A stretch of 63,934 nt of DNA, filler included, from Rhizaria sp. SCN 62-66 (lineage: Eukaryota), in NCBI GenBank assembly GCA_001724265.1. It is 3 parts of 3 records of this genome, joined end to end, with 100 filler letters (N's around TTAATTAATTAA, not from the genome) between each part and the next. Parts side by side here need not be neighbours in the genome. Positions count along the whole stretch, not along the records: positions 24,305 to 52,571 come from MEDY01000476.1; positions 52,672 to 63,934 come from MEDY01000548.1; 1 more part is not named here. One strand, given 5' to 3'. Positions 51,093 to 60,733 of this stretch are shown here, in pieces. A model generated the notes under the pieces. It was not told the origin of the DNA and ran no database searches. It saw only the letters and a list, made by a program, of their open reading frames with translations. How positions within the stretch are numbered: the stretch's first letter is position 1; each line of letters starts with the position of its first letter. A program made the translations under genes and the position numbers.

Positions 51093-52084
51093 GTGCACTT
51101 CTGGGTGGTGCGGGCAACGCGGTAATGCGGGGAAAGCAGCATGAAAAGACAGCGGGTAAGTCTCGGGCAAAGCGGAATATATTCTAGAATAATTGGTCAT
51201 TTACAAACGCAATTATTAACCGACGTGAGGCGACGAATGTGTGTGTAAACGATCGGTAAAGTTCTGGGCCCATGTGCTTTTTTTTTTTGCCGTCGTTGGA
51301 TGGGTCGTCGGACAGCCGGTACCGAAAAAGTCGACCACACAACAATAACCGTCAAAGTCGATATTAATATAATACACGCGAGTATCCGCGATTATAGTTA
51401 AACAAACTGAATGCCAACATATAAAACGTTAATTAACGCTTGGAAATAGAGCCAAATATCTCATTTGCTTTTATGTTCAGTATGTATCCTGATAAAATTG
51501 AGGCTAGCTCGGCTGTCATGTTGTTCACAAATGCACTTACTGTGATCAAAGGGGATGCAGATGACAAAAATATGGCTTTAATAACGCCAGACTAAATTAA
51601 AACAACATCAATATATGCTACTTTGTTTTGCAATACCCCCAAAGTCGATTTTCGTCGAGGAATGTGGCTCCAATAAAATATTACTGTAGGCTTAATATTA
51701 TTATGAAAATGAGAGGATGAACAGAAGTGGTTGTTGAAACTTAGAAAAGAACCCAATATGTTTGCGTCATAATTAAATGTCAGCGAACACTTTTTCAATC
51801 ATCGACAAGTATACCTGTGTTCAAATTCGCAATGTCGCTGCTCCACCCGGACCGTAGAAGGAGAGAGAACAACTGTATTGACCAGGCCAGTTCGGGTATT
51901 TTGTCCCGCGGTTCGGATATTTTTGTCCCTTGTAACAGTATTGTCCGTGTTGAGGTTACATTGGAAACAGCCACATTCACCGGTCACAACACTTTCAAAA
52001 TACAGCTGAACATGTATTAATACATGAAAGGAGCAAAACACTATGTATCAATAACATCAAAGGAGAGAGTTTCGCAATTTCAGG

Positions 52085-52571
52085 TCATCTCGCGTAGCCG
52101 TTCATTTCTTCGGCTTCCCCCGGCAGCGCGAGCACCATGCGGTCGAACTCTTCCTTGACCGCGCGCACGATGTCCTCCGTCGCGGCGCCTTGCCGCTCGC
52201 GCCACGCATCGGCCTCGGCCCGTGCGGCTTCAGCGGCGGTTTCCGCGGCGTCCACAGCGCGCCGCAGCCGCGCTCCCTCGGCCTCGGCGACGTCGGCCGC
52301 CGTACGCGCCGCCGCAGCCTCTGCGCCCGCGTAGCGCGCCTCTTCCTGCGCCGCCAACAGTGCCGCGCGCAGCGTGGCTTCGCTCTTGCCGTCCGCGGCC
52401 AGCGCGCGCGCCGCCGCGGCGGCCGTGTCGCCCACGCGCGACAGCGCGGCGTCCCCGCCCCACGGCGCCGGCAGCGCCGCCACGGGCACGGCCGGCGCGG
52501 AGCCGCCCTCCGCGACGGCAGCGCCCCCGCGCTCGCGCGCCGCCGCGGCCGCGAAGAGCAGCGCCTGCGCG
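52085..52571 (-). CDS. C-terminal fragment of an Ala-rich coiled-coil protein (cut by contig end)
   Basis: GC-rich open frame from the linker to TGA; Ala/Glu/Arg heptad-like sequence. Confidence 0.65.
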
Positions 52572-52671
52572 NNNNNNNNNNNNNNNNNNNNNNNNNNNNN
52601 NNNNNNNNNNNNNNNTTAATTAATTAANNNNNNNNNNNNNNNNNNNNNNNNNNNNNNNNNNNNNNNNNNNN
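52572..52671. other. Artificial contig linker
   Basis: Same N-TTAATTAATTAA-N spacer as at 24205. Confidence 0.97.
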
Positions 52672-52887
52672 CTTGGAGGCGCCAGCAGCGGGGGCAGTAG
52701 CGAGGAGAGCCTCGCCCTTCTCGAGGAGGGCATCGATGGACTGGCCCTTGCACTCCTCAATGAGCTTAGCAAGCTTGGCCTCGTCAGCAGAGATGCCGAC
52801 GCTGTCGAGGATCTTGGTGATGTCGGCCGCGGAGGGCTGGTCGTTGCCGGCGAGGACGGCGAGGAGGTAGGCAGCAACGTGCTTCAT
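52672..52887 (-). CDS. RPLP2: 60S acidic ribosomal protein P2 (3' truncated)
   Basis: MKHVAAYLLAVLAGNDQPSAADITKILDSVGI...LIEECKGQSIDALLEKG. Confidence 0.96.
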
Positions 52888-53379
52888 ACTGAGTACTGCG
52901 CAAAGGAAGAAGGGTGTAACGGCGGATCAAGGGTAGGAGAGCAAGAGAAGAAGGAAAAGGGTGGCGGAAAGGAGAAGACAGGACAAAAAAAAAGAAAGAG
53001 AGCATGGGAGATGAGGAATAGAGAACATAGAACATGGGAGGCCGAGACGGTGGTTGGGGGCGGATTTGCGAGGGTGTGAGGAGAGTGACAATGAGCCTGT
53101 TTCGGCATTTCTAAATAAGGAATTGATAGGCAGACAATGATCATCGGTGCTCAATAATAGAGGTACGAAGTGCTGGTTCTGGAGAGCCATACAAGACGTC
53201 TTTAGGTTTGCGGCAAAAGTTGGGCGCTGGCCGAAAATCATTTCCTTTTTTCGGTCTCTTGAACAAGCTTTTCACCGATATCTTGAGCTAACTCTTTTAA
53301 GATAGCTGAGATCAAAATAATTATTTATTCTCAGGATATAAAACAGCACTAGATAACTTTTTAAAACTAATTGTAGTGA

Positions 53380-55587
53380 TTAGAGGCAATATTGAAGAGC
53401 TTTAGCTGTTTTCATGGCCATCTCAGTCACACTCCCTCGCTCGTGATCAAGCATCAACGCAATGTCCCGCAGTGTTTGAGTCACCTGAAGCGCCTTAACA
53501 AGGCTATCCTCATCCACACTACTCGTATCTTGCTGCTCCAAAGCCGTCTCAGACCCATCTTGCGACTTGACCTCCACAGTGGTCGTCGTCGCGGCAGCTG
53601 ATGTTGTCGCAAGCAATAACACGTTCATGCCGACACTGCCAATGCCGACAGCGTCAACGCAAAGCCGCACAAGCCCAAACAAAGCGGAGCACGCCTGCTT
53701 ATGCTCACCGTCACTGTCACAGCCACAGGCAAGCTGAGTGAGCGTGAGCAAGTCGGCGAGCAGACTCGGGTGGGCCCTCAGCACCGTGGCCAGCGCGTGC
53801 TTCAGTGCACGCGTTGCGGACGACGACTGCTTCTCAGGAACACTCACGGCAGCAGCTGTGTGAGCGACAACACTTGCGCCGGTGTTGTTGTTGTCGGTCG
53901 CGAGGGAAGGAGCGAGAACTGTCGTGACATCGCGGGCAAACGCTGCGAGACGGCCAAGCACGGCACTAACTTCATCTGCGGCGCTTAGACGGCCGACAAG
54001 CTCGAAGGCATGCGTGAACTTGTCGCTCACAGTTGTCACGGTCGAAGACGCAGTGGTCGTAACGTTGCAAGCGCTCGCGCTGGTGTTAGCAGAGGCTGAT
54101 GACTCCTCCGCCAATGCGATGACGACGACGTCTAAGGGCCCCAGCTCCCCCTTAGCCACCGCTTCACCCACATTTTCGTCAACGCTCGCATCACTGCCGT
54201 TGCTACTGCTACTGCTGCTGCTGTTGCTGTTCTGAAGCTGTTCCAGGAGAAGTTTCTTACGGCGCTCGCGCTCCTTGTTCACGGCCGCGCCGCCGCCCCT
54301 GGTCTCCTCTGACACCACCAGCACAGCGGCTTGACTTAAGTAACACGTCGCCGAGGGCCCGTAGGGGTCGGAGAGCTCGCTCAGCGCCACGCCGCACCAC
54401 TCGCACTGCGGGCACGGCGGCAAGGGTCCGTCCGCAGCAGAGGCAGCAGAGGTCGCACTGCGAGAAGAAGAACCGTCACTGGTGGAGTCCGAGTTCGAGG
54501 GTTGACTGTGACTGATCTTGGCCGCTGCTTCCGCGCACCGGTGGCAGCCGGTGGCGACCGCATGCACAGCGCTAACCCAGGCGTCGACGTCGGCCATACG
54601 GTCGCGTACGGTGGCGATCATGCGGCCGTGCTTCTTCTTGCCGAGCATGGCGCTGCCGGTGACGCCGACGACGACGCGCGCGCGCGCCAGCAACGCGGTG
54701 ACCGTGAGCAGCGCCAGGTGGCCGCCGTGCAGGTGGTCAAAGGTGCCGCCTACGACGCTGCCGGGGTAAATGGGACAGTGGACAGAGTCTTCGTGGGCGT
54801 GAGGGTCGACGGCAGATGCGCAATCAATCGCAGTCTCAGTTGCAGTCTCGATGCTCGTGTTCGTGTTGCAGGTGCTGACGGTGTCTAAAGCGGGGACGGG
54901 AGCAGTCCATGCAGTGAAAGCGCGCTCAACAGCACTGGCAACAGCATCAGTGCCAGTCGCAGTCTTATGCTGAGTGAAAGAACCTTCAAGAGTAAAACTG
55001 TTGTCACACTTGGCATCCCAGATACCGAAGTCATAGGAGAGAAGAGAACCATTTCCAAGCCCCAGCGCGGTGACCGCGACTTCCCTGGCCTGCGTCAGCG
55101 CCTCGGGTGTGGTGGCAAAGCAGGGAAAGACGACGGAGCGCGCGTAGAGACCGTGGGCGGCGGGGGACTGCGCGCCGCGAAGACGGGCGAGGTGCGAGTA
55201 GTACCAGGCCAGCAGGCGCGACAGGAGACGAGGGTAGTGGCGCAAGGCGGGCGGGAGAGCCAAAAAGAGGACAATGTGTGGCGTCGAAGAGGTCGAGAGT
55301 GCGGAGAGAGCACGAAGGTGGAGCGCAGCAACGGCGGAGCCGAGCGAAGAAGAAAGCCAGTGCTTGGGCCAAGCACTAGAATTATCTTCAGTCTGCTGAA
55401 CGTCATCAGCTCCCGTAAGCGCAAATGAAAAGATCTGGGAAAATATACATTCGGTGGGACGCGATAGCGGTGTCACACTATCGAGATCAAGCTGACTGGG
55501 AAGAGATTGGAAGGAAAAAGTGGCGAGTAGAGCCGACGGACGAACCGGTCCGAAGACGTACTGGTCAATTGTGTCTGAAACACTCAT
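53380..55587 (-). CDS. HxGH nucleotidyltransferase, phosphopantetheine adenylyltransferase (Cab4/CoA synthase PPAT-like)
   Basis: VVGGTFDHLHGGHLALL, VVGVTG, LSDPYGP, LVVSEETRGGGAAVNKER, SSSATR. Stop TAA. Confidence 0.85.
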   Translation of the reverse strand: MSVSDTIDQYVFGPVRPSALLATFSFQSLPSQLDLDSVTPLSRPTECIFSQIFSFALTGADDVQQTEDNSSAWPKHWLSSSLGSAVAALHLRALSALSTSSTPHIVLFLALPPALRHYPRLLSRLLAWYYSHLARLRGAQSPAAHGLYARSVVFPCFATTPEALTQAREVAVTALGLGNGSLLSYDFGIWDAKCDNSFTLEGSFTQHKTATGTDAVASAVERAFTAWTAPVPALDTVSTCNTNTSIETATETAIDCASAVDPHAHEDSVHCPIYPGSVVGGTFDHLHGGHLALLTVTALLARARVVVGVTGSAMLGKKKHGRMIATVRDRMADVDAWVSAVHAVATGCHRCAEAAAKISHSQPSNSDSTSDGSSSRSATSAASAADGPLPPCPQCEWCGVALSELSDPYGPSATCYLSQAAVLVVSEETRGGGAAVNKERERRKKLLLEQLQNSNSSSSSSSNGSDASVDENVGEAVAKGELGPLDVVVIALAEESSASANTSASACNVTTTASSTVTTVSDKFTHAFELVGRLSAADEVSAVLGRLAAFARDVTTVLAPSLATDNNNTGASVVAHTAAAVSVPEKQSSSATRALKHALATVLRAHPSLLADLLTLTQLACGCDSDGEHKQACSALFGLVRLCVDAVGIGSVGMNVLLLATTSAAATTTTVEVKSQDGSETALEQQDTSSVDEDSLVKALQVTQTLRDIALMLDHERGSVTEMAMKTAKALQYCL

Positions 55588-55804
55588 TGACGGGCCTTTG
55601 AAGAAGAATAATTTTTCATAAAATAAATTAAATGAGTGCGTCTATTCAAAAAGTGTTGTATCATTCTAAAATCACGATGTTTTGTGTGCTATATACAATT
55701 TGGTTTTTGCTCAATGTGGTATCTCACGATCGCGCCGCAGGACCACAAATCGCATTCTTCATCTTTCCAACTCGTTTTCACTTCTTTCACTCTCTCACAA
55801 GCCT

Positions 55805-58800
55805 TCAATAGTACAACATAGTAACGCCCTTGCGCGCGTTTAGCCATGCCTGTGCCCTAATCCGCTCGCGCTCATGTTCTGCCCACAAATCCCACTTGTT
55901 TTCGATTGCATTTCCCTCACGTTGCTTCTTGTTACTTTCGCCAGCAGCCACTGGTTGCGCCTTTGTTGCAGCGCCAGCATCAATCTCGGCTCCGCACATC
56001 GCACCAGACTCATTGCGTCGGGCACGTGCGCATTGAGAGCCAGTGTTGCGACTGCTGTTCTGATTGCTGCAGTGACCATGTTCGTGATTGTTCCGACATT
56101 GATTGCGACAACTGTTGTGGCCGTTCGAAACGCAACAGCCATGATTTGTGCAAATAGTCACGGTGTGCGTGTGCGTAACAGGAGCAGGCGCAACACCGAT
56201 TGCAGCCGCAACAGGCACGGGTGCAGGCGCAGGCGCAGGAGTAACATGAGTTAGGGGAGTGGCGATTGCAGGAATTGTGTTCGTGATGGTTTGCGTCGGC
56301 GCAGTCGCTGGTGCAGTGTTGTTCATGACGGGACTCACGGTCACCGTCACCGGCGCGCCGCTCACAGTCACAGGCGCGGCGCTTAGAGTGACCGGCGCAG
56401 AGTTCACAGTCACCGGTGCAGCGTTCACAGGTGCGGGAGTCGCAGTCGCCGGTGAAGCAGGTACTGGGGCGGGAGCAGTGTCGACTGTCACGGTCACCGG
56501 CGCAGCGCTAAGAGAGACAGGCGCGGCGCTGTTGGTGACAGTAATAGGCGCCGCATTCTGCGTAATAGGAGAAGAGTTGTGCATTGTAGTCACGGGAGTC
56601 GTGCTGTTGCGACATACTGGCTCACCGGCGCTGTTGACACAAGGCACAGCTGAGACACTGGAGCTTGCGGCGAGTTCAGCGCGCTGTTCATCAGTGCTTA
56701 CAGTGCCAGCATCGAGACTGTCTTTGTCTTTAGCCGTACACTTCGTAGGACCAAGAGCAGCAGCTGCAGCTGTAGCCACGGCTTTGGTAGCGACAGCAGC
56801 AGCTTCAGAAGCGGCTTCCGCGGCGGCGCGAGCTGCGCTGGCCGCTGCGGTCGCTGCAGCAGTGGCGCTAGCAGCGGCAGCTTCAGCAGCTGCAACACGT
56901 TGCTCAGTCGCAGCGCAAACAGTGTTTGTACTCATGCTCGCAGTCGCAGTATGGATGGTTGAGCTGGCGACGTTGGCATTGTTGATGTTGAGATTTGAGT
57001 CGTCATCGCTGCGCTGATCACTCTAACCACGATTGCGCTCAGTACTGGGGAGAGCGAAGTCATCGCGAACGTTAGCAGCGCCCGACTCACACACTGAAGT
57101 AATACTCTACACTCGCAGATCCGCGTTCACAGGCTCGACCGTCACCCGCTGCCCGAGTTGCACAGCAGGCACTGCAGTCGCGGCAGACGCTGTAGAAACT
57201 GCAGGAGCTGTCGCCGGCGCAGCGCCCGTGTTGCCGCTGCCAATGTTCACGCTGGCCCCGGAGCTGGCAACCACAAATACGCCGCCTGGCGCAACGGTGA
57301 AGGACTGCGCGCCGCCGGCAGCGATGCTGGAGCCGGAATCAGCGCCGGCGCCAGCGCGGGCGTTGCCGTGGCGCGCGCCGGGACTGCGACTCTGGCTGTG
57401 GCTATGATGATGTGAGTGACCGTGCTTGTTGCTGTAGTCGCAACCGCGATCGTGACGACGACTGTGGCCGTGGCCGTGGCCGTGGCCGTGGACATGGCTG
57501 TGGTCGTGATCATGGTTGCGACCGTGATTGTATCTCGGACTGTGGTTTCTGTCATTGTGACGACGGTGATGATCGTAGCGATGAAAACTGTCGTGAAAAA
57601 CACTGCCATAATCGCCGTTGTTGCAATGGCTGGGGATGGGGTTGCGGCTTGCAGCGTTTCCGTCGTCAGCGCCTGCGTTGTAGCCACCGTTGCGGTTGAT
57701 CGGGTGAGAGTCGTTATCGCTCTCAGAGGGACGCAGTAAGACGCTGACATCAACGCAATCGCTTCCGCTGCTCTTGCTAATGTTGTCCTGGCTATGCATG
57801 CTTTCGTTGCAAGTGCCATGATTGTTGCCGTTGCGACTGCCAGAGCTGCGACTGCCGTCACTAACGCGGTCATCGGCACCAGCGCCAGCACCAGCAGTGG
57901 CGGGAACTGGCGCAGGCCGATGCGCGTGCGCGTGCATGTGAGCGTGGGCAGGAGTGAGGGCAGAGGCGGTGGCGCTGCCGTTGGCCGTCATAGTCACGTT
58001 TGGAGACTTGCCACCACTGCTTGAGCTGCACTGACTGTGGTTGCCGTTTCTACTGCTTGTGCTGCTGCCACTGCTGTTGTTGCTGCTGCACGGAACCGAG
58101 CGCGACTGCGAGCGTGACTGCTGTTGGTGCTGTTGCTGTTGCTGAGGCTGCTGCTGCTGATCTTGATGGTGATGACTGCGACTGTGAGTGGATTCACCAT
58201 GATCTGACCACAGCTGGCCATGAGAGCGCGGCTTAACTAAGCTCAGAGGCGGCTTAACAAACCGAGAGGACTGTGGGTACAAGCCCTCATAGCCGACATG
58301 ACCCCCTTGCTGCTCGTAGTAGTCGCTACCATCATCATCGAAGTAGCTCCCCTTCGCAGCAGTTGTTGGGGTGGCGTCGAGAGCGGCCTCTGAGCGCGCG
58401 GCCTCGGTGTGATGAGAGAGCGCGGCCGCGGCTGCCAGCGCCGAAGAAGAGGATGACACGACTCGTCGAGCCGCAGCCAGTGCGGCCGCCATCGACGCGT
58501 CCAGTGACGCTGTCGACTGCGTGGGCGAGGCCACAAAGCGCGACTGCTGCGGAGAGGACTTCGCTTGTAACTGTGGGTGTGTTTGCGAGTGTGATTGAGA
58601 GCGTGATGACTGTGACGGAGTGGGCGTCAAGTGACCACGATTCTCAGCAGCTGCAGCCGTAGCCGCACTGATGTCGTTGAGTTTGTCGCGCGCGACACTG
58701 CGTTTGCTGTTGACACTGGCAGCGCTCTTGTCGTCATTGTTGTCCTTATCGCTCTTGTGGTTTGAACGAGAGCGAGGAGCAGCGATTCGAGTAGTCACAA

Positions 58801-60733
58801 CACCAACACCGGCATCTACAGCAGCACCAGTGAGGTTTCGACCGGAGCTTAGGCCAGGACCAACGCTGACAACGCCAGCGCTTGCGTTCGACTCTGAGTT
58901 TCCATTGGTGTCAGCAAGCTTTTGTTGTTGTTGCAATGTAATTCTCTTGACTTGCGCCGACTGAGACGACACAGAAGACGATGACGAGGAGGACGCAGAA
59001 GGCGAGTACGTCGAGACAGGTGCAGTCGCAGCTGCGTTGCCGTTGTGCTTCTGAACGTCCTTATTGTAGCGCATGTACCTGTCACTGTCACCACTGTCAT
59101 TGTTCGGGGCAAAGCAAGGCATCGACTGAGCGCCGGGCGTCGCGGCCAGACCGCCGTTCTGCAGCTGCTGCGGCTGCTGCTCTTGGACCACAACCGGCAT
59201 AGCTCCACGGTCGCTGCCATTGCTGCTGCGCCGACTAGAGCTCGAGGCAGCGTCGCTCATGCGACTAAGCGTGTCTTGACCCACCTGCTGCTGTTGCAGT
59301 TGCTGCGGCGGTGGACTCGTGTTCGGTTTGCTTGGGTTCTTCAGTACATGCTTGAGCGACTGCGCTGCTGACAGCGGCGGCGACGGCCGCGGCGACCTCT
59401 GCTGCTGCGACTGAAAGGCCGCGGCAGCGCCGATAGTGATCCCGGTCACGGACGAGCCCACCATGCTGCCGTCGTCGCGCCAGAGCTTGGCCCGCAGCGC
59501 GCGCGCCCAGGGCTCGTCGCCCCTCTCCAAGTCGAGCTCCTCCGAGTCGCTGCCGCTGAGAACAGACGCGTTCGCAGCAGCAGTCGGCTTGGCAGCAGAC
59601 GTGTCGTTTGCGCCTGCGCTTGCGTTGTCGTTGGAGGTAAGCAAGGTCGTATCGGTCGCGTTTGCAGCTTGTGCCGCGCTGGCAGCTGAGTTAGCGTCGT
59701 TGAGAACGGCAGGAAAGCGGCGGCGCAACTCTTCAATCTCAAACAGCGCGGCCTCGGTCGCGGCGGCCCTAGACAGCGCGGCCGTTGTGTTTTCACAATC
59801 GGTGCCGCTGCCGCTACGGTTGTTGGGACTGGTGTTGCTGTCAGCGGTGTTGTTGGGGTCGGCATCGATGAAATGACTGATGTTTGTGTTGAGGGTCGCG
59901 TCACCTGCGTTGATAGCGCTGAAATTACCGCTGTTAACGTGACTGTCGTTAATAACGCGGGAATTGCGATCGTTAAAGGGACTAGCACTAGTAACAGCAC
60001 TCTTAACTCTCACCTTGCTACTGTTGTTGGTATTAACGTTACTGGTGTTGTCTGCGGCAGGACGGGGCTTTTCGTATAGCGCGTGCAACGCACGCGACTT
60101 TTCAAGCGCCTTGGCCGCCTCGGCCATCACAGCGTCCTGATACTCGTCGGTGGTGTACGCCGCCGGAAGCGGAGACGCTATAAGCTCCTGCCGCTTTTGT
60201 TCCAATCTCTGTTCAAGCTGCTGCTGCAGCTGCTGCTCCCGCTGCGACTGCCGCTGCGCTTGCAACTGCGCTGGCAGAAAAACAGAGCGCCCCGCGCTGG
60301 TGCTCGGTGCTGCTGTGAACGCAGTCGTTGTCGTCGCCGGTGCTGGCGCCGTCGCGGCAGTTGATGTGTGAGGGGGGGTCCACTGCGTCGGCGGGTCCGT
60401 TTTGAGCCCCCAGCGGGCGGCGTAAGCGTCAAGCTCCTGCTGCAAGGCTGCTGCAGCCGCCGCAGTGTCAGCGGAAGTTGGCGAAAGCGATGACGAGCTT
60501 GAGGATCCACTGCCAGTGGTGGCGTTTGCGTTGGTGCTGACACTGATGCCGGTTTTGGAGCCGACAGGATTTGGCAAGATCGGGCTACTGTAAGGCAGAA
60601 AAGCAGGCGGTGGAGCGCCAAAGTTCTCAATTTTCCATGCTGCAGCAAGGCTTGCGAGACTCTCAGAGAGCATGGCGTCCTCTAAACCTGGCGATGCTGC
60701 GTTGTTGGGAGTGGCGGGACCAGAGTCTGCCAT
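55805..60733 (-). CDS. Large low-complexity Ser/Gln/His/Thr-rich protein (~1640 aa); two in-frame TAGs
   Basis: ORFs 57107-60733 and 55805-56935 are in the same frame. The 174-nt gap has only TAG 57107-57109 and TAG 57023-57025 as stops. Stop TGA. Confidence 0.7.

Noticed and set aside
7950-57109. Pyrrolysine, phage-type amber recoding or tiny introns as explanations for the TAGs
   Set aside because: The context is eukaryotic with no pyl genes seen. No GTACGT-type donor or pyrimidine-rich tract flanks the TAGs.
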